The notes beneath the pieces were generated by a model. It did not search any database, was not told where the DNA came from, and saw only the letters and a list, made by a program, of their open reading frames with translations. The position numbers and the translations under genes were made by a program. 64,000 nt of DNA, taken from Octopus sinensis. Taxonomy: Eukaryota. The stretch covers positions 13,763,360-13,827,359 of the forward strand of contig NC_043019.1 of assembly GCF_006345805.1 (NCBI RefSeq). Direction: 5' to 3'. This document shows positions 42,231-55,537 of this stretch, in pieces (position 1 is the first letter of the stretch; every line of letters starts with the position of its first letter).

Positions 42231-42515
42231 GGACACAGAAAAAAACAAGGAGAGAAAAAAATGTGTAGTGGCTAACGATCTATCATAGTGACGTACATGA
42301 ATAATGCATACGACGGAATCACACAGTTTCCGTTTACTAAATTCACTCACAAGGAATTGATAATCTAGAAACTTTAGTAGAATGCACTTATCCAAGCTGT
42401 AAGCTCATGGTTGCAAAGCGAACTCCTTAACCACAAAACCATCCCTCACCGAGCACCAAAATAAACAGAATAAGGGAATTGTGGATTTGGAATATTCATT
42501 GACAAATATTTATTT

Positions 42516-43833
42516 ATTTCTTTATTGCACACAAAGGGCTACACACAGAGGGGTCAAACAAGGACAGACAAAGGGATTAAGTCGATTATATTGACCCCAG
42601 TGCGTAACTGGTACTTATTTAATCGACTCCGAAAGGATGAAAGGCAAAGTCTACCTCGGCAGAATTTGAACTCAGAACGAAATACCTATTTCTTTACAAC
42701 TCACAAGGGGCTAATCACAGAGGGGATAAACAAGGACAGACAAACGGATTAATTAAGTCGATATATTGACCCCAGTGCGTAACTGGTACTTATTAATCGA
42801 CTCCGAAAGGATGAAAGGCAAAGTCGACCTCGGCAGAATTTGAACTCAGAACGAACGGCTGACGAAATACCTATTTCTTTACAACTCACAAGGGGCTAAT
42901 CACAGAGGGGATAAACAAGGACAGACAAACGGATTAAGTCGATTATATTGACCCCAGTGCGTAACTGGTACTTATTTAATCGACCCGAAGGATGAAAGGC
43001 AAAGTCGACCTCGGCAGAATTTGAACTCAGAACGTAACGGCTGACGAAATACCTATTTCTTTACAACTCACAAGGGGCTAATCACAGAGGGGATAAACAA
43101 GGACAGACAAACGGATTAAGTCGATTATATTGACCCCAGTGCGTAACTGGTACTTATTTAATCGACTCCGAAAGGATGAAAGGCAAAGTCGACCTCGGCA
43201 GAATTTGAACTCAGAACGTAACGGCTGACGAAATACCTATTTCTTTACAACTCACAAGGGGCTAATCACAGAGGGGATAAACAAGGACAGACAAACGGAT
43301 TAAGTCGATTATATTGACCCCAGTGCGTAACTGGTACTTATTTAATCGACTCCGAAAGGATGAAAGGCAAAGTCTACCTCGGCAGAATTTGAACTCAGAA
43401 CGTAACGGCTGACGAAATACCTATTTCTTTACAACTCACAAGGGGCTAATCACAGAGGGGATAAACAAGGACAGACAAACGGATTAAGTCGATTATATTG
43501 ACCCCAGTGCGTAACTGGTACTTATTTAATCGACTCCGAAAGGATGAAAGGCAAAGTCGACCTCGGCAGAATTTGAACTCAGAACGTAACGGCTGACGAA
43601 ATACCTATTTCTTTACAACTCACAAGGGGCTAATCACAGAGGGGATAAACAAGGACAGACAAACGGATTAAGTCGATTATATTGACCCCAGTGCGTAACT
43701 GGTACTTATTTAATCGACTCCGAAAGGATGAAAGGCAAAGTCTACCTCGGCAGAATTTGAACTCAGAACGTAACGGCTGACGAAATACCGCTAAGCATTT
43801 CACCCGGCGTGCTAACGTTTCTGCTAGCTCGCC
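42516..43833 (-). mobile_element. Tandem array of seven SINE-B units (mostly 184 bp), only the first in element orientation with a full head
   Basis: The marker ggacagacaa falls at 42562, 42734, 42919, 43101, 43285, 43469 and 43653. Confidence 0.93.
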
Positions 43834-44200
43834 GCCCTCATCATTGACAAATATTTATACGGTCGGGAGCTCTTATTATGCAAACATATTAATGCAAAAT
43901 GAAGGATGACTGCTACGTATTTGTAAGTTTTTCAATGATAATAGACACGTTCTGTAAGTTTTTTTTGCTACATGTGGTGATGCATCGACGTTGAGCGTGA
44001 AATTAAGTCAGCTTTCAAAGCCACGTCATCATGTGGGTTCTACACTACAGCTTTAATAATTAAAACTTTTCTCTACGTCAACCGGAAACGCTATTTACCT
44101 GTCTTCCGCTTCGCTAGTAATCAGGTGTTAATTTGTTCACGTGGAGAAATTGAATGAAATGGCTAGTGTAAAGATTGTGTGTGTGCGTGTGTGTGGTGTG

Positions 44201-44255
<55 letters not shown>

Positions 44256-44466
44256 TGTATGTGTGTGTGTGTATGTGTATGTGTGTATGTGTATGTGTGT
44301 GTGTATGTGTAGGTGTGTGTGTGTGTGTAATAACGAAATTTTAAAGAAATTTCTGCCGGTTTGCTTTCGAGAGGCGTGCTTAAATTATATGGTTATTGAC
44401 GATAAAGTCTATTTTCGGCATATTTGGCATTAGAATATTTTTTTCTTTTGCCCTTGTTTATAAGTT

Positions 44467-44497
<31 letters not shown>

Positions 44498-44870
44498 GAT
44501 ATATCTATATATATATATATATAATATATATATATGTGTGTGTGTGTGTGTATATAAAGAAATCAAATGAATGACTCGGAAATAAGAAATTATGTCATGA
44601 ACTATATACGTATATACAGAGAGGGAGAGAGAGAGAAAAGAGAGAGAGAGTGATCTAGAGTGATAAATCTACGACATTCTTGGGGTATATACATATGTGC
44701 TTGTGTGTGTTTGTTTGCGTGTGCATTTACGTATGTATGTGTATGTGTGTGTGTGGGGGGGCTGACATATACAGCAGCATACATAGTACATGTTCTAGCT
44801 AAACAGAAAACAACAAAAATAAAATTCTCTCTATGCAGTCACAGAGTATATAAAATTTAATCTGGTGACG

Positions 44871-44907
<37 letters not shown>

Positions 44908-45564
44908 TCGGTGCCCACACAAAAATATAGACATCAAAGTGATTTCCGAACCAATTTGTGATACACTATCTAAGCTGGTTTACCAGCAAAGAGGACAGAA
45001 GAAAGAAAAATATAACCCAGCTTAACATTAGTTTTCGCTGATATATACATAGAGTTCTGTTGTTAAGTCCGTAAGTTTCGTAATTGCCGTAAAACTTAAG
45101 GAAAAAAAATGCTAAGTAAGATAGTAACTTGTCGAGCTTTTGCTTAGAACTAAACACTGAAACTTCGATGAATGTGAATTAACGAAAAATACCTTTGATG
45201 TCGATGTTAACTCCGATGTCCATATGGATATATTTAGCCTGATATATACTTTTATATTATTAGATAAATATAATTATTACACTGACGTCGGCATTTAGTT
45301 ATTTCACATCTAATGTATGGAAGTACATAATGCGGTATATGTTCTCTGATTGATATTGATATTTAGGCTTCCGTGAACATCACAAGATGAATCTGTTTTC
45401 GCCATGTTTTTTTAAAACCTACGTAGGTGAATAGTGAGTTCGCTGAGTGTACAGTTGTTTGATCATGTTTTATTTTCGCATTTATCTGATGTGTTATAAT
45501 AAAATTGAGATATGCACGGCGAACAGGAAGAATCAAAACAATGGCATACATTCAAAGTAATCCC

Positions 45565-47660
45565 TGAATAAATGTCGCCGGAAAGAATGATGTAGTAAAA
45601 AATGCTGTAATAAAAATGTCGCAGTAAAAATGCCATGGGAAAAAATTCTATAGGAAAAAATTGCCACAGGAAAAAAATATGCCACGAGAAACAGTGCCAC
45701 AGGAAAGAATGTGATGTGAAATATTCTACAGGAAAAAAGTGCCAGAGGGGAAAGTGACGCAGGAGAAAGTATCAAAAGAAAAATGTCACAGGAAAGATGT
45801 TACAGCAAAAAGTTCCGCATGAGAAACTGTCACAGGGGAAAATTCACAGGAAAACATGTCTCAAGAAAAAATTCCACAGGAAAAAATGTCACAGGAAAAG
45901 TTCTACAGAAGAAAGTGTCACAGGAGGAAATGACACAGAAAAAAGTCAGGAAATTATGTTACGGGGAAAAGTGTCACATGAAAAAATAATTAAGAAAAAT
46001 GTCACAGGAAAAAGTGCCACAGAAAAAATGTCACAGCAAAAATTCCACAGGAGAAAGTTCCACATGAGAAACTGTCACAGGAGAAAATTCACAGGAAAAC
46101 ATGTCTCTGGAAAAAAATTCCACAGGAAAAAGTCAGGAAATAATGTTACGGAGAAATGTGTCACAGGAGAAAATAATTAAAAGAAAAATGTCACAAGAAA
46201 AAGTGCCACAGAAAAGATGTTACAGCAAAAAGTTCCACAGGAGAAAGTTCCACATGAGAAACTGTCACAGGAGAAAATTCACAGGAAAACATGTCTCAGG
46301 AAAAAATTCCACAGGAAAAAATGTCACTGGAAAAGTTCTTCAGAAGAAAGTGTCACAGGAGTAAGTGACACAGAAAAATGTCAGAAAATAATGTTACTGG
46401 TGAAAGTGTCACAGGAGTAAGTGACACAGGAGAAAATAATTAAGAGAAAATGTCACAGGAAAAAGTGCCACAGAAAAAATGTCACAGCAAAAAATTCCAC
46501 AGGAGAAAGTTCCACATGAGAAACTGTCACAGGAGAAAATTCACAGGAAGACATGTCTCTGGAAAAAAATTCCACAGAAAAAGTCAGGAAATAATGTTAC
46601 GGGGAAAAGTGTCACAGGAGAAAGTAATTAAAAGAAAAATGTCGCAGGAAAAAGTACCACAGAAAAGATGTTACAGCAAAAAATTCCACAGGAGAAAGTT
46701 CCACATGAGAAACTGTTACAGGAGAAAATTCACAGGAAAACATGTCTCAGAAAAAAATTCCACAGGAAAAAGTCAGGAAATAATGTTACGGGAAATGTGT
46801 CACAGGAGAAAATAATTAAAAGAAAAATGTCACAAGAAAAAGTGCCACAGAAAAGATGTTACAGCAAAAAGTTCCACAGGAGAAAGTTCCACATGAGAAA
46901 CTGTCACAGGAGAAAATTCACAGGAAAACATGTCTCAGGAAAAAATTCCACAGGAAAAAATGTCACTGGAAAAGTTCTTCAGAAGAGTCACAGGAGTAAG
47001 TGACACAGAAAAAAGTCAGAAAATAATGTTACTGGTGAAAGTGTCACAGGAGTAAGTGACACAGGAGAAAATAATTAAGAGAAAATGTCACAGGAAAAAG
47101 TGCCACAGAAAAAATGTCACAGCAAAAAATTCCACAGGAGAAAGTTCCACATGAGAAACTGTCACAGGAGAAAATTCACAGGAAGACATGTCTCTGGAAA
47201 AAAATTCCACAGGAAAAAGTCAGGAAATAATGTTACGGGGAAAAGTGTCACAGGAGAAAGTAATTAAAAGAAAAATGTCGCAGGAAAAAGTACCACAGAA
47301 AAGATGTTACAGCAAAAAATTCCACAGGAGAAAGTTCCACATGAGAAACTGTTACAGGAGAAAATTCACAGGAAAACATGTCTCAGGAAAAAAATTCCAC
47401 AGGAAAAAGTCAAGGAAATAATGTTACGGGGAAAAGTGTCACAGGAGAAAATAATTAAAAGAAAAATGTCACAGGAATAAGTGTCACATAAATGTCACAG
47501 GAAAAGATGTTACAGCAAAAAGTTCCACAGGAGAAAGTTCCACATGAGAAACTGTCACAGGAGAAAATTCACAGGAAACCATGTCTCAGGAAAAAAATTC
47601 CACAGGAAAAAATGTCACTGGAAAAGTCCCATGGGAGAAAGTGTCACAGGAGAAAATGAC
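45565..47660 (+). repeat. Hierarchical satellite of ~12-13-bp (TGTCACAGGAAAA-like) monomers
   Basis: The marker c(a/g)catgag falls at 45816, 46061, 46251, 46513, 46702, 46890, 47148, 47338 and 47541. Confidence 0.92.
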
Positions 47661-48269
47661 ACATCCCAACCACTAAGCCATGAGCCTCTACACACTCATA
47701 GAATTAGCTGTGCAAAAATGCCTACAAGATACAACATGAAATATGACATTGTCGCTAAAATAGTCTTCGATTCTATATGCAGGAAAAATTGTTCTGACGG
47801 CATTAGCAAAAATACAGCTGAAACAAAATATCCACACTTTAAAGAACAATATCGGTGGAATATTCCATTTAAAAAGTGACAATTCAAAATAAACTGAGTA
47901 GGCCAGATATAGACTCATTGGACGATGTGAACTGTTGTATAGATCATTTGCCCAGAGAAAGTACATGTTTCTTTAAAACTGGGAAACGGGATTACAATCA
48001 TGGAGAAATGATGAGAAACCTTCAGCTCTTATAGCGAATCTACACATTTTCATTTGCTCCTAATATAGCTATATCGGTTTCCATAACAACAGATTTGCAT
48101 AAAAGCCTAAATGTACCAACGATGACTGAATCCCCCTTGCTATCGCATCTGTAACTGAGACCAGACTTCCGGGAAGCTGAACTCGGATCTACTGTGCTCA
48201 CAGGTGACGAACACCTTTATCCAGGATTTGACTTACGAGCAGCTCGCCTCGAGTGTGCGGCGTTCACAT

Positions 48270-48495
48270 GCGAGCTGGCAGAAACGTTAGCACGCCGGAC
48301 GAAATGCGTAGCCGTATTTCGTCTGCCGTTACATTCTGGGTTCAAATTCCGCCGAGGTCGACTTTGCCTTTCATCCTTTCGAGGTCGATAAATTAAGTAC
48401 CAGTTACGCACTGGGGTCGATGTAATCGACTTAATCCGTTTGTCTGTCCTTGTTTGTCCCCTCTATGTTTAGCCCCTTGTGGATAATAAAGAAAC
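48270..48495 (+). mobile_element. SINE-B, full-length monomer
   Basis: Matches 32086-32314 throughout. Confidence 0.92.
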
Positions 48496-49308
48496 ATATA
48501 TCGAATAACATTATTGGTAACTCTGGCATACAGGCCACCAGACTCCACCCTGTGGCACTCACACGTACCAAGTTACCATCACGTGTATTTATCTGCCATT
48601 TCTTGACTCAGTGGCCAGGAATAGGGACAGGGTATCTAAAGGTAGATGCAACATATATTCGAATCAAACGGTCACTTCGTTACGTTAAGTTATTCAGAAC
48701 AGAATCGACTCCCGTATTAGTAAATCAGCGGTTTCGTTCGTTCGTTCGTTATCGGCAGTTGTTTAATTAAGCAGGAATTATTATTATGAGAAATGTTAGC
48801 GATAAAGAGATTAGATGAAGGTAGATTTACTAAATAAATACTAGTGTACTGACGTCGACTGATTATAACAGTTAGAGTTGCAGTCGCCTTTAGATTTATT
48901 AACGAGCGGCCACGGGATTAACACAAGTTAAAGCTGTATAATCATATATCGCTGTCAGTTGGAGATTTGTCGTTATTAATAGCGCAGCCAGAGAACTTCA
49001 TATGAAGTACAGCTGCGACAGGGGTTATTTTTCTTCAAATGAAGCTTTAATTGCAGCTGATGGCTGTAAGATTAATCACAAATTGTATGAATTACATCTC
49101 TAATTGAGAATTCCTTGTATAATGGCAAGTTGAGAAATTGGAACTTACATAAGATGAATTTAATTTCCTACAATAACCAAGAGGAAGGAAAGGAAGTCTT
49201 TGCGAAACATCGGAATAAATTGTAATATCTCAAATTATATATAATAGTTATATATTCATATATATATATGTATATATATATATATAAACATGTATATATA
49301 TAAACATG

Positions 49309-49347
<39 letters not shown>

Positions 49348-49534
49348 ATGTATATACATATATATATATAAACATGTATATACATATATATATATATACA
49401 TATATATGTATGTATATATTTATACATATATATATATATATATATATAAATATATGTGTGAATATGTGTATATACATATACATACATAGATATATACTAT
49501 ATATAAAGATGTATATATTTACACACACACACAA

Positions 49535-49569
<35 letters not shown>

Positions 49570-50749
49570 CGCATACACACATTCATATATTCACATATAT
49601 TCACATACATATATATACATTCATATATATACACATACGTATATATATATATATAAAAATACATAAGTGTATGTGTGTATATACATACATACATACATAC
49701 ATACATACATACATACAAACATACATACATATATATATAAATGTATGTATGTATATATATATATATTTCTTTTACCAATTTACCGATCAGTTTCAATAGA
49801 GTTACAAGATCTCATATCCGAGCAGAGGATTGTTAATTTTCTGAGGAAATCTTCCGAATATTCCGTTTAATGAACCTATAACAGGACTAGTCTTTATGCA
49901 TGAAGCTAACGACGCAAGATTTCATTATCCATTTAGATTTATGTGACCTGATGGCTGTGATTAACTGCGATGTAAACCTATAGATGTCCGCCAAATCTGC
50001 GGGTGTTAATTAATTAAACTTATTAATAGTACATGGCAGTTAGACAATTGTGTATATCGGTTGTGGTGATCTTGTCGTTTCATAGAGAAGATCTTGAAAA
50101 TTTTCGGCAAAAAATTGCGTCTTATTATTTTTTTTTCATTTCAGTCCAATCATAAACTGCATTTTGGTTATGATGCAGGTTTGCATCGGAATGAGATTGT
50201 GAAATAAATATAAGAAATTGTTATGAACAACGGCCATACTATTTTCATACAACGCCCGCACCGTGAGCAGAAAAAGACAGCTCAACTGCACTAGTTTCAA
50301 TCATTGTCCAGATCTCATCAGTGACTGACTAATCTACTTTTATTCCCCACAGCGATATTTTACTTTTAGCCACAATTATTAACGGCTTTAATAATACGGC
50401 TACACCAATTTGCATAAATGACGCACACTTACGTACTTCTGTCGTCAAGAGCCCTAGGACTTCTAGGTTCCCATGAAAGTCTATATTATGTCTAGATACG
50501 TTCACATGATTGTGCACTTGCGTTCCACCCGGGGACCTCAACAACAGAAAACCAGAACGTTCGATAAATTTTCAATCTAAAGTAATCGCTTGTATATGGG
50601 GGACGCAAATACAAGAACGCAACAATTTTAGCCTTTTATGCAACTGTGTATATATATGTAAGTACATATACACACATATATATATATATATTATATATAT
50701 ATATAATATATATATATACTTACATGTGTATGTATGTTGTATGCATTTA

Positions 50750-50805
<56 letters not shown>

Positions 50806-50916
50806 AGGAGAGCGAAAGAGAAAGAGGCAGATACATGCATACACATATACATGTAAACTGATGTATATATATGGTTGTATGTAATTGTATGTATGAATCT
50901 ATGTATGCATATGCAT

Positions 50917-50982
<66 letters not shown>

Positions 50983-51587
50983 TTATGTATATGTATATAT
51001 TTGTATGCACGTACGTATGTATGTGTAGCTCGCCTGTACGGATTAGCAAAACAAACGAGAGGTAAATTTTCACAAGATGAGATAAAGTTACAGCCAGGCT
51101 TCCACGAGCGGTGCACCTTCAATGCGCAACGAACGGATGTCTGCAATCAAACACCGGGAGTGCACCAAGATGACCGAAAATCAAACAGCGAATCGATAAT
51201 AGGCCTCCGGTATTGTTTACAAAAGTAATCCATTGAATTAGATTCTAGTATCTATATATTGCTGTTGTTTTCGGAAGGCTGTTCTTTCTCCAATGATTTA
51301 CCGTTGGTTTTTGTTCTTTTAATGTTTTTCGGTTTTGATTTATCAACTATTCGTTGTATTATGAGCAGGATAATCACATGTGTGTTTGTGTGTGTGTGTT
51401 TATATATATACATATATATACATATATGAATATGCATGCATGTGTGTATATTATATATATATATATATAATATCCACATATTTACATTAGATATTATACT
51501 TACCATATATGTATATATATAAAATGATTTCAATATAATATATTATAAATGCATATAAATGTGAGTGTGTGAGTATGTATATATGTG

Positions 51588-51618
<31 letters not shown>

Positions 51619-51808
51619 CATACATACATATAAATACATGTGCATACACGCACACATACAAACACACACATACACACACACACACACGCACATATATATA
51701 TATATATATATATTTACACGTTACCTATGATTCTATATATAACATAAACTGTTAATAATGCGTGTGTATATATATATTATATATATATATATACATATAT
51801 TATATATA

Positions 51809-51846
<38 letters not shown>

Positions 51847-51877
51847 GCAGCATATGTACATTACAAATCTACATATA

Positions 51878-51918
<41 letters not shown>

Positions 51919-51978
51919 CATATATATGCATTACAAATATGCATACATATATATATATATATATATAATATATATATA

Positions 51979-52021
<43 letters not shown>

Positions 52022-53256
52022 CATCTGTGTATACAATAAGAACGTGTATGTATGTTTAATTTAGGTGCTATATTTCATAATTCCCTCGAGCCGTTTTCTT
52101 ACATGTTAAAGCGTACAGAAGAGAGCATTGTTTCATGAAACAATACCGAAAGCGAATGGACACACGCTCACGCAGACTCACACACGCTGAAAAGCACACT
52201 CCTCACCCACCCACACACACACGCACACACAAACACACACACAGACACATACTTGAATACAAACATACACTTACAAACATACGTACGTGCGTGCATTCAT
52301 TGTTCTCATTGGTTATGCATATATATGTGTGAGAATATATATACATGCACACACACACACCACACACTCACACACATATATATATACACACATGTATGTA
52401 TGTATGTATACATACACACATGCAGATATTCCCCACGCACGCATTGTTGTGTATTTGTTGATAAATAGACGATATTTTATTGATGTATGGAAAGTGCATA
52501 GACAAAGCTATACGGCCTTGCATATATAAATATATAGATATAGGGCAAATGGTAGACGTATGCGGACATACATGTATACTTGTGTCTATGAGACGCGTAC
52601 ATGTGTGTGTTTCAATGTTTGTTAGTGATTGCATGATTGTGTGTATGTGTGATATGTGTGTGATTTAATGATATCTTTCTATCTATCTATCTAGATCTAC
52701 ATGTGCATATATATATACATTTATATAATTCTGTAAATATGCAAGCATACATACATATATACATACATACATATATATGTGAGTGTGTGTGTGTGTGTGT
52801 ATGTAAGGAAAGAGAGTGTGTCTGTGTGTGTGTTGTGAGAGATAGTGTGTGTGCGTGTGTGTGAGATAGAGAGAATGAATATATTATTTCAGTATCCGTG
52901 GAGCAGATATAAGCAAGCGTGTAAGCTGTATGTATGTATTAATATATATATATATTACTCAATATATATATATATATATATATAACATATATATTATATA
53001 TATCTCATTAGATATATATATTATATGATATCTATTATATATAATATAATTATATATATTATATATTATATATATATATATTATGTATATATATTATATA
53101 TATTATATATATAATATATAATATATATATATTATTATGATATGTATTTATTATAATTTATTATATATATATATATATATTATATACATACATATACATG
53201 TAATGTGTGTATGTGTTTGCATATATGCATGAAGCACACACTAACACACACACACA

Positions 53257-53295
<39 letters not shown>

Positions 53296-54664
53296 TATGC
53301 TGCATTGTCACTGTGTCTGTTTCTTCCTGATGTTTATTCTATTTACAGATTTTATTCATTAAATTTAGCGGCGCTCATTATTGCTCTAACATAACATTTC
53401 ACAAAGCGCGGTACGGCATACGATTATGACGTAGGTGTATACACTGCGCAGAATCAAAGAGAATCGATACTGGAGGAGGTTAATTTTTATTGATAAAATT
53501 CTTTAGTGATTTTGTAATTTAACAATTTTACCATAATATGTTAATTACAAAAGCTCGCTGTCTCTTTTATCTTTTCTGTAGCTTGCTTCAATCATTTGAT
53601 AGCGGCCATTTTGGGTCACCACCCTGAAGAACTTTTGCCCGGGTGAATCGACCCCAGAACTTGCCTTTCTGTTTTAAGCCTGGTAGTTATTCTATCCGTT
53701 CCTTATACCGGACCACTAGGTAACGAGGACGTAAATGTACCAACACCAGTTGTCAATAGGTTGTGGGAGACAGGCATAAACACAAAGACACATATATTCA
53801 CACACACGTACACCCATCCATATATATGTATTATATATGGTTTTTGTGCCCGTGTGTGTAATTACCTATAATTATTTAACATTCTGCTAATCAACCTCAA
53901 ATATGCGGGATTGTGAGGTCACCAAAAAACGTCTGGACAAATTTTTATCTTAGATATCATACGAACCCACTTCCCGGCAACAGGCTTGAAGTAGAGCAGC
54001 TCCGTCCACCTCGCTGCTTGACCACAAACAGTACAGAAGATAAACCCAACCGAATAACACTAAATCGTGGTGCTGCAGTATGATCACAACCTCCGGTTGA
54101 AACCGGTGGCAGATGAAAGCATATCTCTCATTGTGTCTGTGTTTTGTGTTCGTCCACCTACTCACTGCTACATAACCGATGTTACTGTTTTTCTCGGCCC
54201 TGTAACTTGGCAGTTCGGCAAAATTCGGATAGAATAAATATCCGACTTAGAGAAATGAAACATATGTATTGGGATCGATTTCTTCGATTAAAACTCTCAT
54301 GGCAGTGCTCCAGCATGGTCTGCTGATCAATCACCAAAATATCTAAAAGCTAAAGGATAAAAGACAGAAGATGAAGCGTTGGCCACTGAAAGCTTTGCTT
54401 GTTTGTTTGTTTCTTTTCTCTTCTCCCCCTGTGTCTTTCTTTCTTCCTTTCATCCTCTCTTCGCTTGCTTCAAGCGTAGGTAATATTCTTTCGGAAACAT
54501 GAGAGTGAGAATCGAAGCTTCATAATGCAATTGTTTATGCTGCATGGGCGTTCTATTTTCTTCAGTTGTTAAAACAGGAAAAGAAATGCCATCATCTCTG
54601 GCTTCATCCATATTTTTTTACCCATAAATTATGGGAAGCCGTAAGATATTTCCGTTTGTTGGCC

Positions 54665-54830
54665 AAAATCTGAAATGCACGTTTCAGAGAATACTACTCT
54701 GTCAATATTTTACCTATGACATTCACTGTTCACGAGTGCAATTCTGCTTTCTGGTCGTCTGAATGAGACAAAATCTAGAAGAGTTCCTACGTTCCAACTA
54801 CAGACGCTAAGCATGGTTTGCTCTTTTGCA
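54665..54830 (-). mobile_element. RTE-like LINE apurinic-endonuclease N-terminal fragment
   Basis: The minus strand reads SVCSWNVGTLLDFVSFRRPESRIALVNSECHR*NIDRVVFSET, matching the RTE pattern WNVRTLLD...RPERRTAL...ELARYNIDIAALSET. Confidence 0.7.
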
Positions 54831-55115
54831 TAGCTATACACCATTACAACAATCCGTTTCCTACTTATACTGTGTGTAACGCTGAAAGGTGAGAGAATTA
54901 GAAAGAGGAAAAACAGAGAGGTAAGATTTCGTGAGTGGATTTTTACGAGTGAGAAGTTGAGCAAAATTGGGAGTTAAAGTAATCATGCTAGAGAAAGAGG
55001 GTGAAATTGAACTCCTGATCTAGACGGAAAGAGAAAGGTGAGAATGTAACATATCAAGATGTAGTATTAGGTATCTGTTATTTTCGTTATCCTATTTCAT
55101 TATTCCTTCCAATAT

Positions 55116-55537
55116 AGGCGCAGGAGTGGCTGTGTGGTAAGTAGCTTGTTTACCAACCACATGGTTCCGGGTTCAGTCCCACTGCGTGGCACCTTGGGCA
55201 AGTGTCTTCTACTATAGCCTCGGGCCAACCAAAGCCTTGTGAGTGGATTTAGTAGACGGAAACTGAAAAAAGCCCGTCGTATATATGTATATTTATATAT
55301 ATGTGTGCGTGTATGTTTGTGTGTCTGTGTTTGTCCCCCTAGCATTGCTTGACAACCGATGCTGGTGTGTTTATGTCCCCGTCACTTAGCGGTTCGGCAA
55401 AAGAAGTCCGATAGAATAAGTACTGGGCTTACAAAGAATAAGTCCCGGGGTCGAGTTGCTCGATTAAAGGTGGTGCTCCAGCATGGCCGCAGTCAAATGA
55501 CTGAAACAAGTAAAAGAGTAAAAGAGGGTAAAGAGTA
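55116..55537 (+). mobile_element. SINE-A, full length
   Basis: Reference copy. Other + strand copies are at 58065-58426, 59765-60172 and 60394-60754 (the last lacks the B-box segment). Confidence 0.93.

Noticed and set aside
43039-43060. CTGACGA in each array unit as a retrozyme-type hammerhead
   Set aside because: It is a private A>T change from CAGACGA, overlaps the GAAA, and no helix II/III can be formed.
42516-43833. CRISPR-like array
   Set aside because: Whole units repeat with no unique spacers, the unit is a SINE, and the DNA is eukaryotic.
45783-47879. Repeated K/H/R-rich ORFs (KFHRRKFHMRNCHRRKF)
   Set aside because: Translations of the satellite, broken by frequent frameshifts between units.
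51029-51224. Possible AG...GT-bounded open exon
   Set aside because: No polypyrimidine tract, no recognisable protein similarity and no partner exons.
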